A stretch of DNA of 52,813 nt. It comes from a virus (lineage: Duplodnaviria > Caudoviricetes). The notes below the pieces were generated by a model. That model was given only the letters and a program-made list of their open reading frames with translations. It was not told the DNA's origin and searched no databases. The stretch lies in the IMG/VR virus record IMGVR_UViG_3300037502_004181, positions 1-52,813 of that record. The stretch is one strand, 5' to 3'. A program made the position numbers and the translations under genes. Of the stretch, positions 8,201 through 16,368 are shown one piece after another. Position 1 is the first letter of the stretch, and the number at the start of each line of letters is the position of its first letter.

Positions 8201-10208
8201 TCCACTCAACATCGTATGCCACGGCGTCCTCGGCTGCATCCCACTCTATTGTCATTACAGTCACAGACATCGTTTGCTCAATCAGCGTTTTTTGGCTGAT
8301 AACAACGTTGGTCGGTGGAGCCTGCACATTTGGCGGAATAACAGAAATAGGCCTGATATCTATCTGGGCGCCGTCATCAATGGCCTGGTGCTTTCCGGGC
8401 ACGCTGATAACCGCATTTATCTCATACTCGTGTTCTTCACTTCTTTTTATTGAAAGCACTCTGAACTGCATTACAGCGAGCTCGTCGGCGTCTACCGCCC
8501 AAACTGACTGAGCCTGAGGCACTTCTGAATAGTCAGCATCAACGGTAACTTGCGGTCCATTAACGGCGGTGATAGTTCGCCATTCGGCCTTGCCTGATGG
8601 CAAGTTTACAATCAGCCGGTTACCTACCGCTGCGGATGAGGTTTTATCCAGAGTGACTACGCTTGCAGTAGCAGAGCGGATCCTGCCGCCGTTAATTGCG
8701 CCCTGCAGCATTTCGTCTGCGACATTGATAATGTTGCCAGGGCGCGGAATTTGACCGTCAAGACCAACTCTGAAAGTTACCGTTCTTGTTTCAAGTTGCT
8801 CTGATTTAAGGGCCCACAGTCCGGCGCGCTGGGCCTGCCCTTCACTGGTGCAACCTATGGCCTCAACATCAAGCTGTGAAATGCCAAGAGTCACAGCTGA
8901 GTTGTCGAATACAACGGCTGTATCGTCCTTGAATGACTGTTCTGGGTTGCTCCAGCGCACGCTGGCAACACTGTGGCGATCACGCAGTGCGGTACCCTTG
9001 TACTCGAATATCCCGTCTATCACGTTGGCATTGGTGTATGTGTAGATTGGGTCTTCCGGCATGTCTGCCGTTACCATCATCTGCGAACCATCCCAGAAGC
9101 TGTTGCCGTGGAATATGCTCGTCAGTTGGTTTAGCAGCTGATAGGCCTGCCCCTGGTTCTGTATATACACGTTGCAGGTATAGCGCGGCTCTGTGCCTCC
9201 CTTGCCATCATCTACCATCACATCGCAATACTGGGCAATCTGGTACAGCTTCCACTTATTGACCATATTGGTATTGATGCGATTGCCAAGGCCAAAGCGC
9301 TTGTGAAGAACCAAGTCATACCAAACCCAAGCCGGGTTATTGGTGTACGCCTCTTTAAATGTTCCGTCCCAAACTCCGTTTGATGTTCCTGGGCCACTGG
9401 TTGCATAGGTTCTGGTCAGAGTATCGTAGTTAGCCGGCACCTTGATTATTCGCCCGCGGCAAAGCGCCGAGAACTTAGGAATATTGGAGAACTGCTCGGA
9501 ATCGTACTCAACTGCGATAAGTGCGGTGTGCGGGTATCTCAGCTTGGCATCAACCACCTCAGTGATTGAGTCAATTACCATCTTATCTTCTATCTTGAGT
9601 GATTCAGCGTTTGCCGTCAGCCTGCGCACTCTCACCTGCCAGCTGCTACCCTCTTGCGGCAAGTCAATTCTGTGGCTGCGCTCGTAACTCGACCCTGTTT
9701 TTCCATCAACGGCAGTATTGAGTACTTCAATAAAGCTGCCGCCATCGGTCGATACGTCAATGGCGTAGGCAATGCGATAGCCAACCAGGTCACCGTTATC
9801 CTTTTGTTCCAGAAGCCGTGGCCAGGCAAAGCGGATCCTGACAGCCGACAGCTGCGGATTGGTGAACTGGCGCACGAACGGGGTTCCGTAGCGCAGTTCT
9901 ACCCCAACAGACACCTCGTTGTTGGTTTCCGGGTACCCCTGAATATAGGTTTGATCAACAGTACCTGGGCGAAAGTCCACCTTAACGCCGTCAATATTCT
10001 CACCGCCGCCAGTGCTGCGAACCGGGGTGCCATCAAGCTTCACTGAGTTGTAGCCGTTTACCAGCCCTTCTATTTCGCCTTCACTGATGGCATATAGCAG
10101 TTTTGCGGTGGCGACAGAACGCAGCGTGTCAGGTGCTGTGTACGGCGTCTGAGAACCAGATCCACCAGATTTAGCGCCTTTTATTGGCTGCGCAGATTGC
10201 TGCATCAT
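5268..10208 (-). CDS. Tail tip / central fibre protein (lambda J-like)
   Basis: AISEGEIEG, LRYPHTAL, WDGTFKEAYTNNPAW, EPRYTCN, GCTSEGQAQRAGLW; Fn3-like region, coiled-coil repeats. Confidence 0.93.
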   Translation of the reverse strand: MMQQSAQPIKGAKSGGSGSQTPYTAPDTLRSVATAKLLYAISEGEIEGLVNGYNSVKLDGTPVRSTGGGENIDGVKVDFRPGTVDQTYIQGYPETNNEVSVGVELRYGTPFVRQFTNPQLSAVRIRFAWPRLLEQKDNGDLVGYRIAYAIDVSTDGGSFIEVLNTAVDGKTGSSYERSHRIDLPQEGSSWQVRVRRLTANAESLKIEDKMVIDSITEVVDAKLRYPHTALIAVEYDSEQFSNIPKFSALCRGRIIKVPANYDTLTRTYATSGPGTSNGVWDGTFKEAYTNNPAWVWYDLVLHKRFGLGNRINTNMVNKWKLYQIAQYCDVMVDDGKGGTEPRYTCNVYIQNQGQAYQLLNQLTSIFHGNSFWDGSQMMVTADMPEDPIYTYTNANVIDGIFEYKGTALRDRHSVASVRWSNPEQSFKDDTAVVFDNSAVTLGISQLDVEAIGCTSEGQAQRAGLWALKSEQLETRTVTFRVGLDGQIPRPGNIINVADEMLQGAINGGRIRSATASVVTLDKTSSAAVGNRLIVNLPSGKAEWRTITAVNGPQVTVDADYSEVPQAQSVWAVDADELAVMQFRVLSIKRSEEHEYEINAVISVPGKHQAIDDGAQIDIRPISVIPPNVQAPPTNVVISQKTLIEQTMSVTVMTIEWDAAEDAVAYDVEWRKDSGDWIRLPRTGTRSVDVRGVYTGQYIARVTAVNAADISSKPATSVLTDITGKTGSPPALASLNATSLVFGIGLKWAFQPGSEDTLYTEINYATDNNGANEALLGQYAYPLDNHTITGLAAGIAFWFRARIVDRTGNIGPWSDYVQGASSSDAGTILDYLTGQISESELAQSLLDPIEKIPGIESNLDSINIEVEKIPGIESNLDSINIEIDKIPQIQANIDSINQQLADISGAGEWSASTVYNSGEFVTYDDGTGISIYRAKQDNIPAGTLPTDTNYWEYVGDYASIGEAVAALTAQMTDVQNSVDLIDGKLEANTSRTDTMIAAYRDDDTGDGRLADVLAGWKSKAAIRVEQEARATEDEALARQITTISAESKNNSAAIQQESIARTTADESLAQNITTVQASAAAAQAAADAANIGVSTNAAAIQSEATARADADSALAQDITTLQSSVGDNAAAIQSEATARANADSALAQDITTLQTSVGDNSAAIQSEATARANADSVLSRKINTVQATVEDTGDGRLADVLSGWKSKAAIRVEQEARATEDEALARQITTISAESKNNSAAIQQESTARTTADESLAQNITTVQASAAAAQAAADAANIGVSTNAAAIQSEATARADADSALAQDITTLQSSVGDNAAAIQSEATARADADSALAQDITTLQSSVGNNTTAIQQVSQAQADLEGNIEAMWKVSMNITADGKYYASGFGLSYENGSAGLQSNFFVLADRFAILNQTTGTTTVTSPFVVQNGMVYMNNAVIGTLHNKTIIQRIGSSLQVFGIGFGSSNQFLEWFGPDVGDISNCTEANATSYRKVDGSAYFGGAITTGDYKNAVTSSQLSSTAAVETTFGSLGGVITIAVSLQCHGSFFLNQTGTSSSGSTSGTVVLERSLDLGKTWSVVQTILCGGSWTISQEGTDRIGSSNLSGSATFTDSDQTTATRYYRARVTTYNAGSVPFKTQRLSLIATENT
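6172..7205 (-). repeat. 564-bp-period internal duplication in J with nested 96-bp (32 aa) units
   Basis: DTGDGRLADVL(A/S)GWKSKAAIRVEQE... occurs twice 188 aa apart; NAAAIQSEATARADADSALAQDITTLQSSVGD unit recurs. Confidence 0.9.
7512..7665 (-). repeat. Three 51-bp (17 aa) tandem repeats in J
   Basis: EKIPGIESNLDSINIEV / EKIPGIESNLDSINIEI / DKIPQIQANIDSINQQL; ggtatttt at 7552, 7603 and 7654. Confidence 0.85.
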
Positions 10209-10234
10209 GGGGTAACGTCTCCCGACATTTAGGT

Positions 10235-10262
10235 ACAAAAAAACCGCTTTCGCGGCCGTTGT
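10235..10262 (-). terminator. Intrinsic terminator, 28-bp exact repeat copy 1
   Basis: acaaaaaaaccgctttcgcggccgttgt, identical to 16034-16061; minus strand CCGC-GAAA-GCGG then T7. Confidence 0.7.
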
Positions 10263-10264
10263 GT

Positions 10265-10804
10265 TTAGTTCTTTATTTCAACCAAAGGCAGGCTGAACTG
10301 CCCTTCTTGCTCAATCTTCTCTATTCTTGCCAGTAACTCGGGTTTCTTTACCCGGCCCCAGCGGTTAAGCAATCGGCCTGACATGCTGGCAACATCGCTC
10401 TCTTTCATATACTCAAGCATCAAAGCGTTGCGCTCTGCCTCGTAGTTGCGGCTTAGTTTTTGTAACTCTTCCGTCATCCAGTTAAAGGCATTTATGTATG
10501 CCTCTTTTACTGATGCAGCCTTGGCGCCATTAAATCCCATGACCACCATGACAAATCCACTGAAGTCCATGCGATAGAACCTTTGCTTTTTGTCAAATAT
10601 TCCTAAGTCATTGATTTTCTCGGAGGCCCAAAAGTGGGCCCTAAAGAAATCATCGGAGCACTTAAGGTTTTCAACCGCTCTGACAACATGTTGATGACGC
10701 TTTCCGAACGCGCTTGCTATTTGCACTGTATCTGTGGCTGGCGCCCCATTAGCCGCAGTCACAAGATCGCGAAAATCAAACGCAGTTTTTACTTGGCAAG
10801 TCAT
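10265..10804 (-). CDS. Rha-family phage regulatory protein
   Basis: IASAFGKRHQHVVRAVENL and YRMDFSGFVMVVMGFNGAKAASVKEAYINAFNWM; AGGAG RBS before ATG 10804. Confidence 0.85.
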   Translation of the reverse strand: MTCQVKTAFDFRDLVTAANGAPATDTVQIASAFGKRHQHVVRAVENLKCSDDFFRAHFWASEKINDLGIFDKKQRFYRMDFSGFVMVVMGFNGAKAASVKEAYINAFNWMTEELQKLSRNYEAERNALMLEYMKESDVASMSGRLLNRWGRVKKPELLARIEKIEQEGQFSLPLVEIKN

Positions 10805-10813
10805 GGCAAAACT

Positions 10814-10922
10814 CCTATAGAGAACGAGCCTGGTAGCACAGAGATTCCAGCCCCCAGAGATAACTGGATCTCTCAGGCTCATTCTCTATAGGCTCTGGTT
10901 TTATAGCGCGTGCTACGGCGCG
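10814..10922 (-). ncRNA. Putative structured leader RNA upstream of rha
   Basis: 19-bp stem (10814-10832/10874-10892), inner 10-bp stem, and a 7-nt bulge complementary to an upstream hairpin loop. Confidence 0.5.
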
Positions 10923-10935
10923 GTGAATTTCAGGC

Positions 10936-11063
10936 ACAAAAAAGCCCCGGCAGATGCCAGGGCTCAGAAACGAAAAAACCGCCAGAGTTTGGCGGCTTTG
11001 TTGGTAGTACTACTTTTCTTCCATCATTAGGGCGATTTAATCACCTACTATCTAAAATTGCAA
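10936..11063 (-). promoter_or_regulatory. Second pR'-like promoter followed by two tandem terminators
   Basis: TTGCAA-18-TAAATC-GCCCT-AATGATGG, then GCCGCC..GGCGG-T6-CGTTTCTG and GCCCTGG..CCGGGGC-T6; same layout as 30953-31080. Confidence 0.6.
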
Positions 11064-11069
11064 CAGTGG

Positions 11070-11846
11070 CTAATGCTGGAAGCCGATCAACCCGCTCATC
11101 TGCTCGAGTTCATTTTTCACTGTTGATGAAAATGACATGCCAGCGAGAACGTGATCACGCAGTTCGGCACCAATGGGTGAGCGCATCTGCCGCAATGCAG
11201 GTTCCAGCTCAGAGATCCACGTTTTGTATATCCGCTGCCAGTGGTGAAATGATCCATTGGCACTATGCACCAGCATCCGCATGTCGTCGCTTCCTCGCGG
11301 CAACAGCTCGCCTTCAAGGGCTAGCTTGTGCACATACTCAATCGCTTCAGTTAACTGATTCTTGTCGAGTTGATCCAGATGTTCAACGTTAAAGCGCTGG
11401 TGAACCATGGCGTAAGCATCTGGATACATTAAGCCTTTCTTCGACACCAACAGGTTAACCGCGTTGCGCAAACCTGTGCGATCGTCAGTGGTGGTCTTTT
11501 GACGAGAGGCTCCACTTAGCTGTTCGGCCATCCAATTAAAAGCATTGATATATGCTTCCTTGATCGCAGCAGCCTTCTTGCCTGTGAACCCCATGACCAA
11601 GAACATGAAGCCGTCCTTTGTCATCTGCCACATCGGTAATTTTCGCCCTGTAGAATCAAGGTATCCACTGGGCGTAAAATTGCGCTCAGTAAAATCAGTC
11701 GAGCAATCTAACGCTTGCAAGCGGCGTAAAACATCTTTGTGTTGCTTGCCAAAAGCTTCCGCAACATTAATAGACGTAGTTATTAATGCGCCATCTTGAG
11801 CGCATACTAGGTGATTTAATGATTGAACGGTGGTAATATTCTTCAT
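11070..11846 (-). CDS. Antirepressor-like protein: Rha domain plus P22 Ant C-terminal-like domain
   Basis: TTSINVAEAFGKQHKDVLR, MTKDGFMFLVMGFTGKKAAAIKEAYINAF, and TGLRNAVNLLVSKKGLMYPDAYAMVHQRFNVEHLDQL. Confidence 0.8.
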   Translation of the reverse strand: MKNITTVQSLNHLVCAQDGALITTSINVAEAFGKQHKDVLRRLQALDCSTDFTERNFTPSGYLDSTGRKLPMWQMTKDGFMFLVMGFTGKKAAAIKEAYINAFNWMAEQLSGASRQKTTTDDRTGLRNAVNLLVSKKGLMYPDAYAMVHQRFNVEHLDQLDKNQLTEAIEYVHKLALEGELLPRGSDDMRMLVHSANGSFHHWQRIYKTWISELEPALRQMRSPIGAELRDHVLAGMSFSSTVKNELEQMSGLIGFQH

Positions 11847-11916
11847 GTCAGTTTTCTCGTTGTTAACTGGTAAACCAGAAACCTCGTTGGTGCCAGCCTC
11901 CGGGGTTTCGCCGTTT

Positions 11917-12078
11917 TTACGCCTTGATATACCCATCCTCCCTAAGGCTCCTCTCAATTCGTTTAATCACCTCTTTGTTTAGAGACCGCCCCTCTTCTTT
12001 CGCAACGCTTTTCAACAACCCCTTAAGTTGATCAGGAAATCTGATGCCAGTTGGCGGTATATCACGAACATTCTTCAT
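11917..12078 (-). CDS. Arc-like ribbon-helix-helix repressor, 53 aa (below the ORF-track cut-off)
   Basis: My translation: MKNVRDIPPTGIRFPDQLKGLLKSVAKEEGRSLNKEVIKRIERSLREDGYIKA; GGAG RBS; same length and pattern as P22 Arc. Confidence 0.85.
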   Translation of the reverse strand: MKNVRDIPPTGIRFPDQLKGLLKSVAKEEGRSLNKEVIKRIERSLREDGYIKA

Positions 12079-12093
12079 ACCATACTCCATAGT

Positions 12094-12141
12094 TACATGC
12101 TGTAGTCATTGAAATACTACATGCTGTAGCTATTAAGTCAA
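12094..12141. promoter_or_regulatory. Arc/Mnt operator pair and Pant-like promoter
   Basis: tacatgctgtag at 12094 and 12118 (CTACA-N3-TGTAG dyad); minus-strand TTGACT-16-TAGTAT. Confidence 0.6.
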
Positions 12142-12159
12142 GGCGTAAATGGCTACATT

Positions 12160-12456
12160 ATGAAATCATTTGCTAAGAATGAGTTTGTTATGAAAGGTGC
12201 TAGTAACATCGCGCCGTTTGGCTTGCGAATGCCAGAAGGCGTAAAAAGCCATATTGCTGAAATGGCAAAGGTACATGGGCGTTCTATGAACGCTGAAATA
12301 GTCTATAGGCTAGAGACTACAATCAAAAAAGAAGACGTTATCTGCCACAAACTAAACCTTCACAAGATACAGAACCCAGCAATAGCTGAGTTAGAGGCGA
12401 TCAAGGAGCAGATTGAGCGGGCCATAGAGAGACTAAAGGAAACTTCGCCGGGTTAA
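12160..12456 (+). CDS. Mnt/Arc-family DNA-binding protein
   Basis: [33 protein letters not shown]; divergent from arc; start may be 12190. Confidence 0.85.
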   Translation: MKSFAKNEFVMKGASNIAPFGLRMPEGVKSHIAEMAKVHGRSMNAEIVYRLETTIKKEDVICHKLNLHKIQNPAIAELEAIKEQIERAIERLKETSPG

Positions 12457-12575
12457 TACTGAATAGCCAACCGTTCAGCTTGCGCAGTGGGATGCATAAA
12501 ACTTCTCGAATTTTGCTATCGGAAGCAACCATATTCATATGAATACAGTTGAATTTTCAACAACCAAGGACGTAG

Positions 12576-13007
12576 ATGATGAAGAAAGTAGCTTTAATCG
12601 CCGCCATGGCTTTGGCTGGGTGTGCAACTTCTCCAGTACCCATAGAACAGGCTCAAATTGCACCGCAGAACAAACTCCTGGCTTATCAAAACAAATCAGC
12701 AGTGAACAATTCTACTATTATTGTAGTTCGTGACTCTGGATTGTTTGGTGTTGGATGCGCACTTGCGGTGTACGTTGACGGAAAAAAGTCAGCCTTTCTC
12801 GATGCTGGCGAAAAAGCAGTTTTTTATGTTCCAGCAGGAACCCATAATGTTGGTGTTGGATCTTCAGAAAACGGCCTTTGCTCTGGAATGGTCATCAGAA
12901 ACCTGTCGGCAACAACTATCCCTGGAGTTCCGCAGAACTTTCGGATTAGCATGGACGGAAGTGGATTGTATTTCACTCCATATTTTATAAATGAAGGCGA
13001 GCTTTAG
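12576..13007 (+). CDS. Moron lipoprotein
   Basis: Signal peptide with lipobox LAGC; antisense to the tail operon. Confidence 0.75.
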   Translation: MMKKVALIAAMALAGCATSPVPIEQAQIAPQNKLLAYQNKSAVNNSTIIVVRDSGLFGVGCALAVYVDGKKSAFLDAGEKAVFYVPAGTHNVGVGSSENGLCSGMVIRNLSATTIPGVPQNFRISMDGSGLYFTPYFINEGEL

Positions 13008-16000
13008 CGGTTCCTGTCTAATAAGCCCATCGGGCGCTGTTCCTCGATGATTATCTTGCGAACAGCGTTCCCTATCATTACCCCAAGCTGTTTATAGTCT
13101 GCTTGAGGATCCCCACTTACTGTTGTTTCACCTGACTCGGCATCAATATTGACGCTTATGTAAACGTCTCCTTTCCCTCCACCAGCAGCCTGCTTCAAAA
13201 TGTCAGCAGTTGTTTGCCTGCTTGTCACATTGGCACCAGATACAATCTCAGGGCCGTACTCGCCAACGATCCCCCATTTGTTTGATGGAATACTCCCGCC
13301 ATTATCAAACATGCCAGCAAATGCAGATGACGATATCATTGTCACAAGAGGTGTCGTAGCAGCTATTGCAGCCGTAGCTGCGGCAGGTGCTGCTGCTGGA
13401 CCATAGACAGGAATTGCTGCTGTAGAGGAATAAGCGTTCAGGGCAGCCATTTGCTGAGTCGCCAAAGCATTAGCAACCATCCCCTGGCCAGCCATAGTCT
13501 GCGTAGTCTTTCCGACTAGAAGCTGAACGGCTTGGTAAACCAGCCACTGAGCAGCTATATCACTCAAGGCTTGCAACATCGATGAAGCAAATCCTTTAGC
13601 CATGTTCTGAAGAGAATCGCCAATTGATTGCGTTCCTGATGCCAATTCATAAAGATTGCTACTGATCGCTGACGTGGTTTCACTCAACACATCAGCGGTA
13701 GCATTCTGTACGTTCTGGTATATATTCGCTGCACTATCGGCATAATTTTGCAATGCCTCTCTTGAGCCGGTTATCCAACTCTGTTCTGCTGCTGCTTTTT
13801 GTAAAGCAGCTTGGCGAATGATCTCTATCTGCCTGCTTTCCTCATACTGAATATTTGCCAGTCTTTGCTGGTATGCCTCCTGGCTGATCCGTGTTGACTC
13901 AGATTGCTGATCCCGCTGCAGCTTCAGAACGGCATCCTTGGCCTGCTGCCTGATAATCAGTTCCTGCTCTTGCTGTTGGCGAAACTTATCTCCCATGCCC
14001 ATGCCGGTTATTGATAAGTTTTGTCGTTCCTGGAATACAGCGAGCTTCCTCTGGATTGCTGCGTATTCTTCTGCAGCTGCCTTTTGTTGTAAAAGCGCGT
14101 CCTTGGCCTGCTTGCGGCGATGGATTTCATCAACCAGTAGCTCAGCTTCTATTTTTTGCTGATCACTTAGGTTTGATGAAGCTATGGCCGCTTTTATCTT
14201 TTCGCTATTGTACTGCTCAAGCTGCTGCTTGTTCAGGGTTACAGCTGCGTATTGATCCTGCAGCTTGTCAATGAGGCTCTGAGTTGCACGGTCAAGCTGT
14301 GTTGTTGTGGTAGTTACCGTGTTACCTGCGCTATCCACGCCAGCCAGCGCATCTTTCAGCTTTTGCAGATCATCCTCTGCTTTTTGAAGCTGTTGAGATA
14401 ATTCTGAATAGGCTTTCGACCTTTCTGCATTCGCTTTACGTTCTGCCGCCCTATTCTCTTCCGTACTGGATAAAAGCCGCTTGCCGGCAGAAACCACCCC
14501 ATCTAGATAATCGCCGACACTGTCATATTGGGTGATCCTGTCAAATCGAACATCCTTGATTTGCTCTTTGAGGTTGGCGATAGCATCTGTTTGCTTTGTG
14601 ATAGCTTCGCTAAGCTGTTTTTTTCTGAGTTGATCCATTCGGCCAAGAAGGCTATCAATCTCATCGCTAAGCCCGGCAGTTTTCTGTTGTGAGTCCTGCG
14701 CTGAGGTAGCCCAGTAAGTCAGAGCTGCTGCGCCAAGAAAAACCAAACCTGCAGGGCCGCCGACGAGAGACATTGCTCCGTTAAATGCCCTGGTAGCAAT
14801 TGTGGCTTGGTTGGTTACAGCTGCCAAATTGGTGCGAGCTGCTGCGAGGCGCTGATCTGCGACTATTGCCTGGCCAGCAGTAAGCACTGATGCCCTTTTT
14901 GCCGTGGCAAGTCTGAGCTCTGCCTCTGCTGCAGCCACGGCCGCCATGCGCTCACGCTCTTTGGAAACAGCGTTGCGTATGGTTTCAATAGTGTTTGAGG
15001 TGAGGACGCCAGCATAGCGACTGAAAGCTGCTACGGCCGTTACCCCCACCATGGTAACCAGAGTGTCAAAGTTGTTTGATAGTCCGTTTATCCCATCAAC
15101 CATCTTTGCAGTGATGCCATAGACCTTATTCTGCTGACCGACGTATTCGGATATGGTGTTATTCATTTTGGTGAAAGCATCACGCACTGTGGTTGGCATT
15201 TTCTCCACTTGCTCGATGATCCGCCCATAATCCTCAGCCAGCGCTTTTGCCAGTTCTGCCCCGGTTATCTTACCTTCTGCACCAAGCTTTCGGAGTTCCT
15301 GTGCTGATTTACCGGTACTCTTTGCCAACGAATCAACAATCGTGTCGGCCGTACTGTAGATAGTGATCCAGGCATCGGCATCAACTTTGCCTTTTTGCAT
15401 TGACTTGGCCAGCGCCTGAATGGCTGCCGCGCCCCTCTCGGCATTGGCGCCGTTAACAACCAGCAACCCAGAAAAGGCATCCACGGCGTCTATTGACTGT
15501 GACAGTGTTAGGCCCATGTCACGCAACACTGGTGACAGGTTAATAAATGACTCTTTTGTCTCGTTGATACTCCGGAAGGTGTCTGCTGATGATTGCAGGA
15601 GGCGTTCGTTTACATAGGTGTACTCTTCAGTGCTTCTGATTGCTCCCCTTATGCGGGTGTCATACTGGCCCCATTGGTCTGCTATATCGATGATCTGCAT
15701 CGTGCTGATGCCTGCAAATGCGCCAATGAGCGTTCTTCTCATAGTGGCCGCAGCCGATGCCGCAGCAGAGTCAGTCTCTTTGAGTGACTTGTTGATCCGG
15801 TCTACACCTGACGCGCCGTTTTTTGCCTTTGAACCGGCCTCACCCATTGCGCTACCGGCGTTTTTGCTGCTGCTTGATACCTTGCTGTTGGTGTTGGTCA
15901 GTCTTACTCCGGCGCGCTCAAGCAGCTCAAGGGACTTCTGCATATCTTCGGCGCGCTGTTCAGCGGTGCGGCTGTCAATGGTAATCGACAGTCTTGATTC

Positions 16001-16009
16001 GTATGCCAT
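13004..16009 (-). CDS. Tail tape measure protein
   Basis: 1001 aa, Ala-rich and helical; tape-measure N-domain (ALAKSMQKGKV, LRKLGAEGKITG), ends IEEQRPMGLL. Confidence 0.9.
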   Translation of the reverse strand: MAYESRLSITIDSRTAEQRAEDMQKSLELLERAGVRLTNTNSKVSSSSKNAGSAMGEAGSKAKNGASGVDRINKSLKETDSAAASAAATMRRTLIGAFAGISTMQIIDIADQWGQYDTRIRGAIRSTEEYTYVNERLLQSSADTFRSINETKESFINLSPVLRDMGLTLSQSIDAVDAFSGLLVVNGANAERGAAAIQALAKSMQKGKVDADAWITIYSTADTIVDSLAKSTGKSAQELRKLGAEGKITGAELAKALAEDYGRIIEQVEKMPTTVRDAFTKMNNTISEYVGQQNKVYGITAKMVDGINGLSNNFDTLVTMVGVTAVAAFSRYAGVLTSNTIETIRNAVSKERERMAAVAAAEAELRLATAKRASVLTAGQAIVADQRLAAARTNLAAVTNQATIATRAFNGAMSLVGGPAGLVFLGAAALTYWATSAQDSQQKTAGLSDEIDSLLGRMDQLRKKQLSEAITKQTDAIANLKEQIKDVRFDRITQYDSVGDYLDGVVSAGKRLLSSTEENRAAERKANAERSKAYSELSQQLQKAEDDLQKLKDALAGVDSAGNTVTTTTTQLDRATQSLIDKLQDQYAAVTLNKQQLEQYNSEKIKAAIASSNLSDQQKIEAELLVDEIHRRKQAKDALLQQKAAAEEYAAIQRKLAVFQERQNLSITGMGMGDKFRQQQEQELIIRQQAKDAVLKLQRDQQSESTRISQEAYQQRLANIQYEESRQIEIIRQAALQKAAAEQSWITGSREALQNYADSAANIYQNVQNATADVLSETTSAISSNLYELASGTQSIGDSLQNMAKGFASSMLQALSDIAAQWLVYQAVQLLVGKTTQTMAGQGMVANALATQQMAALNAYSSTAAIPVYGPAAAPAAATAAIAATTPLVTMISSSAFAGMFDNGGSIPSNKWGIVGEYGPEIVSGANVTSRQTTADILKQAAGGGKGDVYISVNIDAESGETTVSGDPQADYKQLGVMIGNAVRKIIIEEQRPMGLLDRNR

Positions 16010-16033
16010 GACTGGGCTCCGTAAATTCCAGGC

Positions 16034-16061
16034 ACAAAAAAACCGCTTTCGCGGCCGTTGT
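16034..16061 (-). terminator. Intrinsic terminator, 28-bp exact repeat copy 2
   Basis: Identical to 10235-10262. Confidence 0.7.
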
Positions 16062-16082
16062 ATTTGGATTGATGAATAGGGG

Positions 16083-16271
16083 TTACATTTTCAGGGCAGT
16101 GATGATTTCTGCAAGATTGAACATCAGTGGCGCAGACGCTACCAGCAGCACCGAGAGCGCCACAATAACCACTGCAAACCCAATACATTTGCGGATCCAC
16201 TTGTCTGTGACTAATTCCATCTTCAAACCTCTTTTGGGATGAATTTCTACTTTTGACTTGCTATCATTCAT
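16083..16271 (-). CDS. Small single-pass membrane protein (moron)
   Basis: AGGAG RBS; hydrophobic stretch IGFAVVIVALSVLLVASAPLMF. Confidence 0.6.
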   Translation of the reverse strand: MNDSKSKVEIHPKRGLKMELVTDKWIRKCIGFAVVIVALSVLLVASAPLMFNLAEIITALKM

Positions 16272-16305
16272 TTATGCTTTGCTCCTAGTGTGGATAGGGG
16301 TAAAT

Positions 16306-16345
16306 GCAAAAAACCCCGAATGTTCGCCGCATTCGGGGTTTTGCT
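16306..16345. terminator. Bidirectional hairpin terminator
   Basis: aaaaccccgaatg-ttcgccg-cattcggggtttt. Confidence 0.7.
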
Positions 16346-16368
16346 TTTGGGATAAGTTAATTTGTTTT

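Noticed and set aside
11847-11957. N-terminal extension of the ant-like ORF given in the track
   Set aside because: Overlaps the arc-like gene and the hairpin; ATG 11846 is the better start
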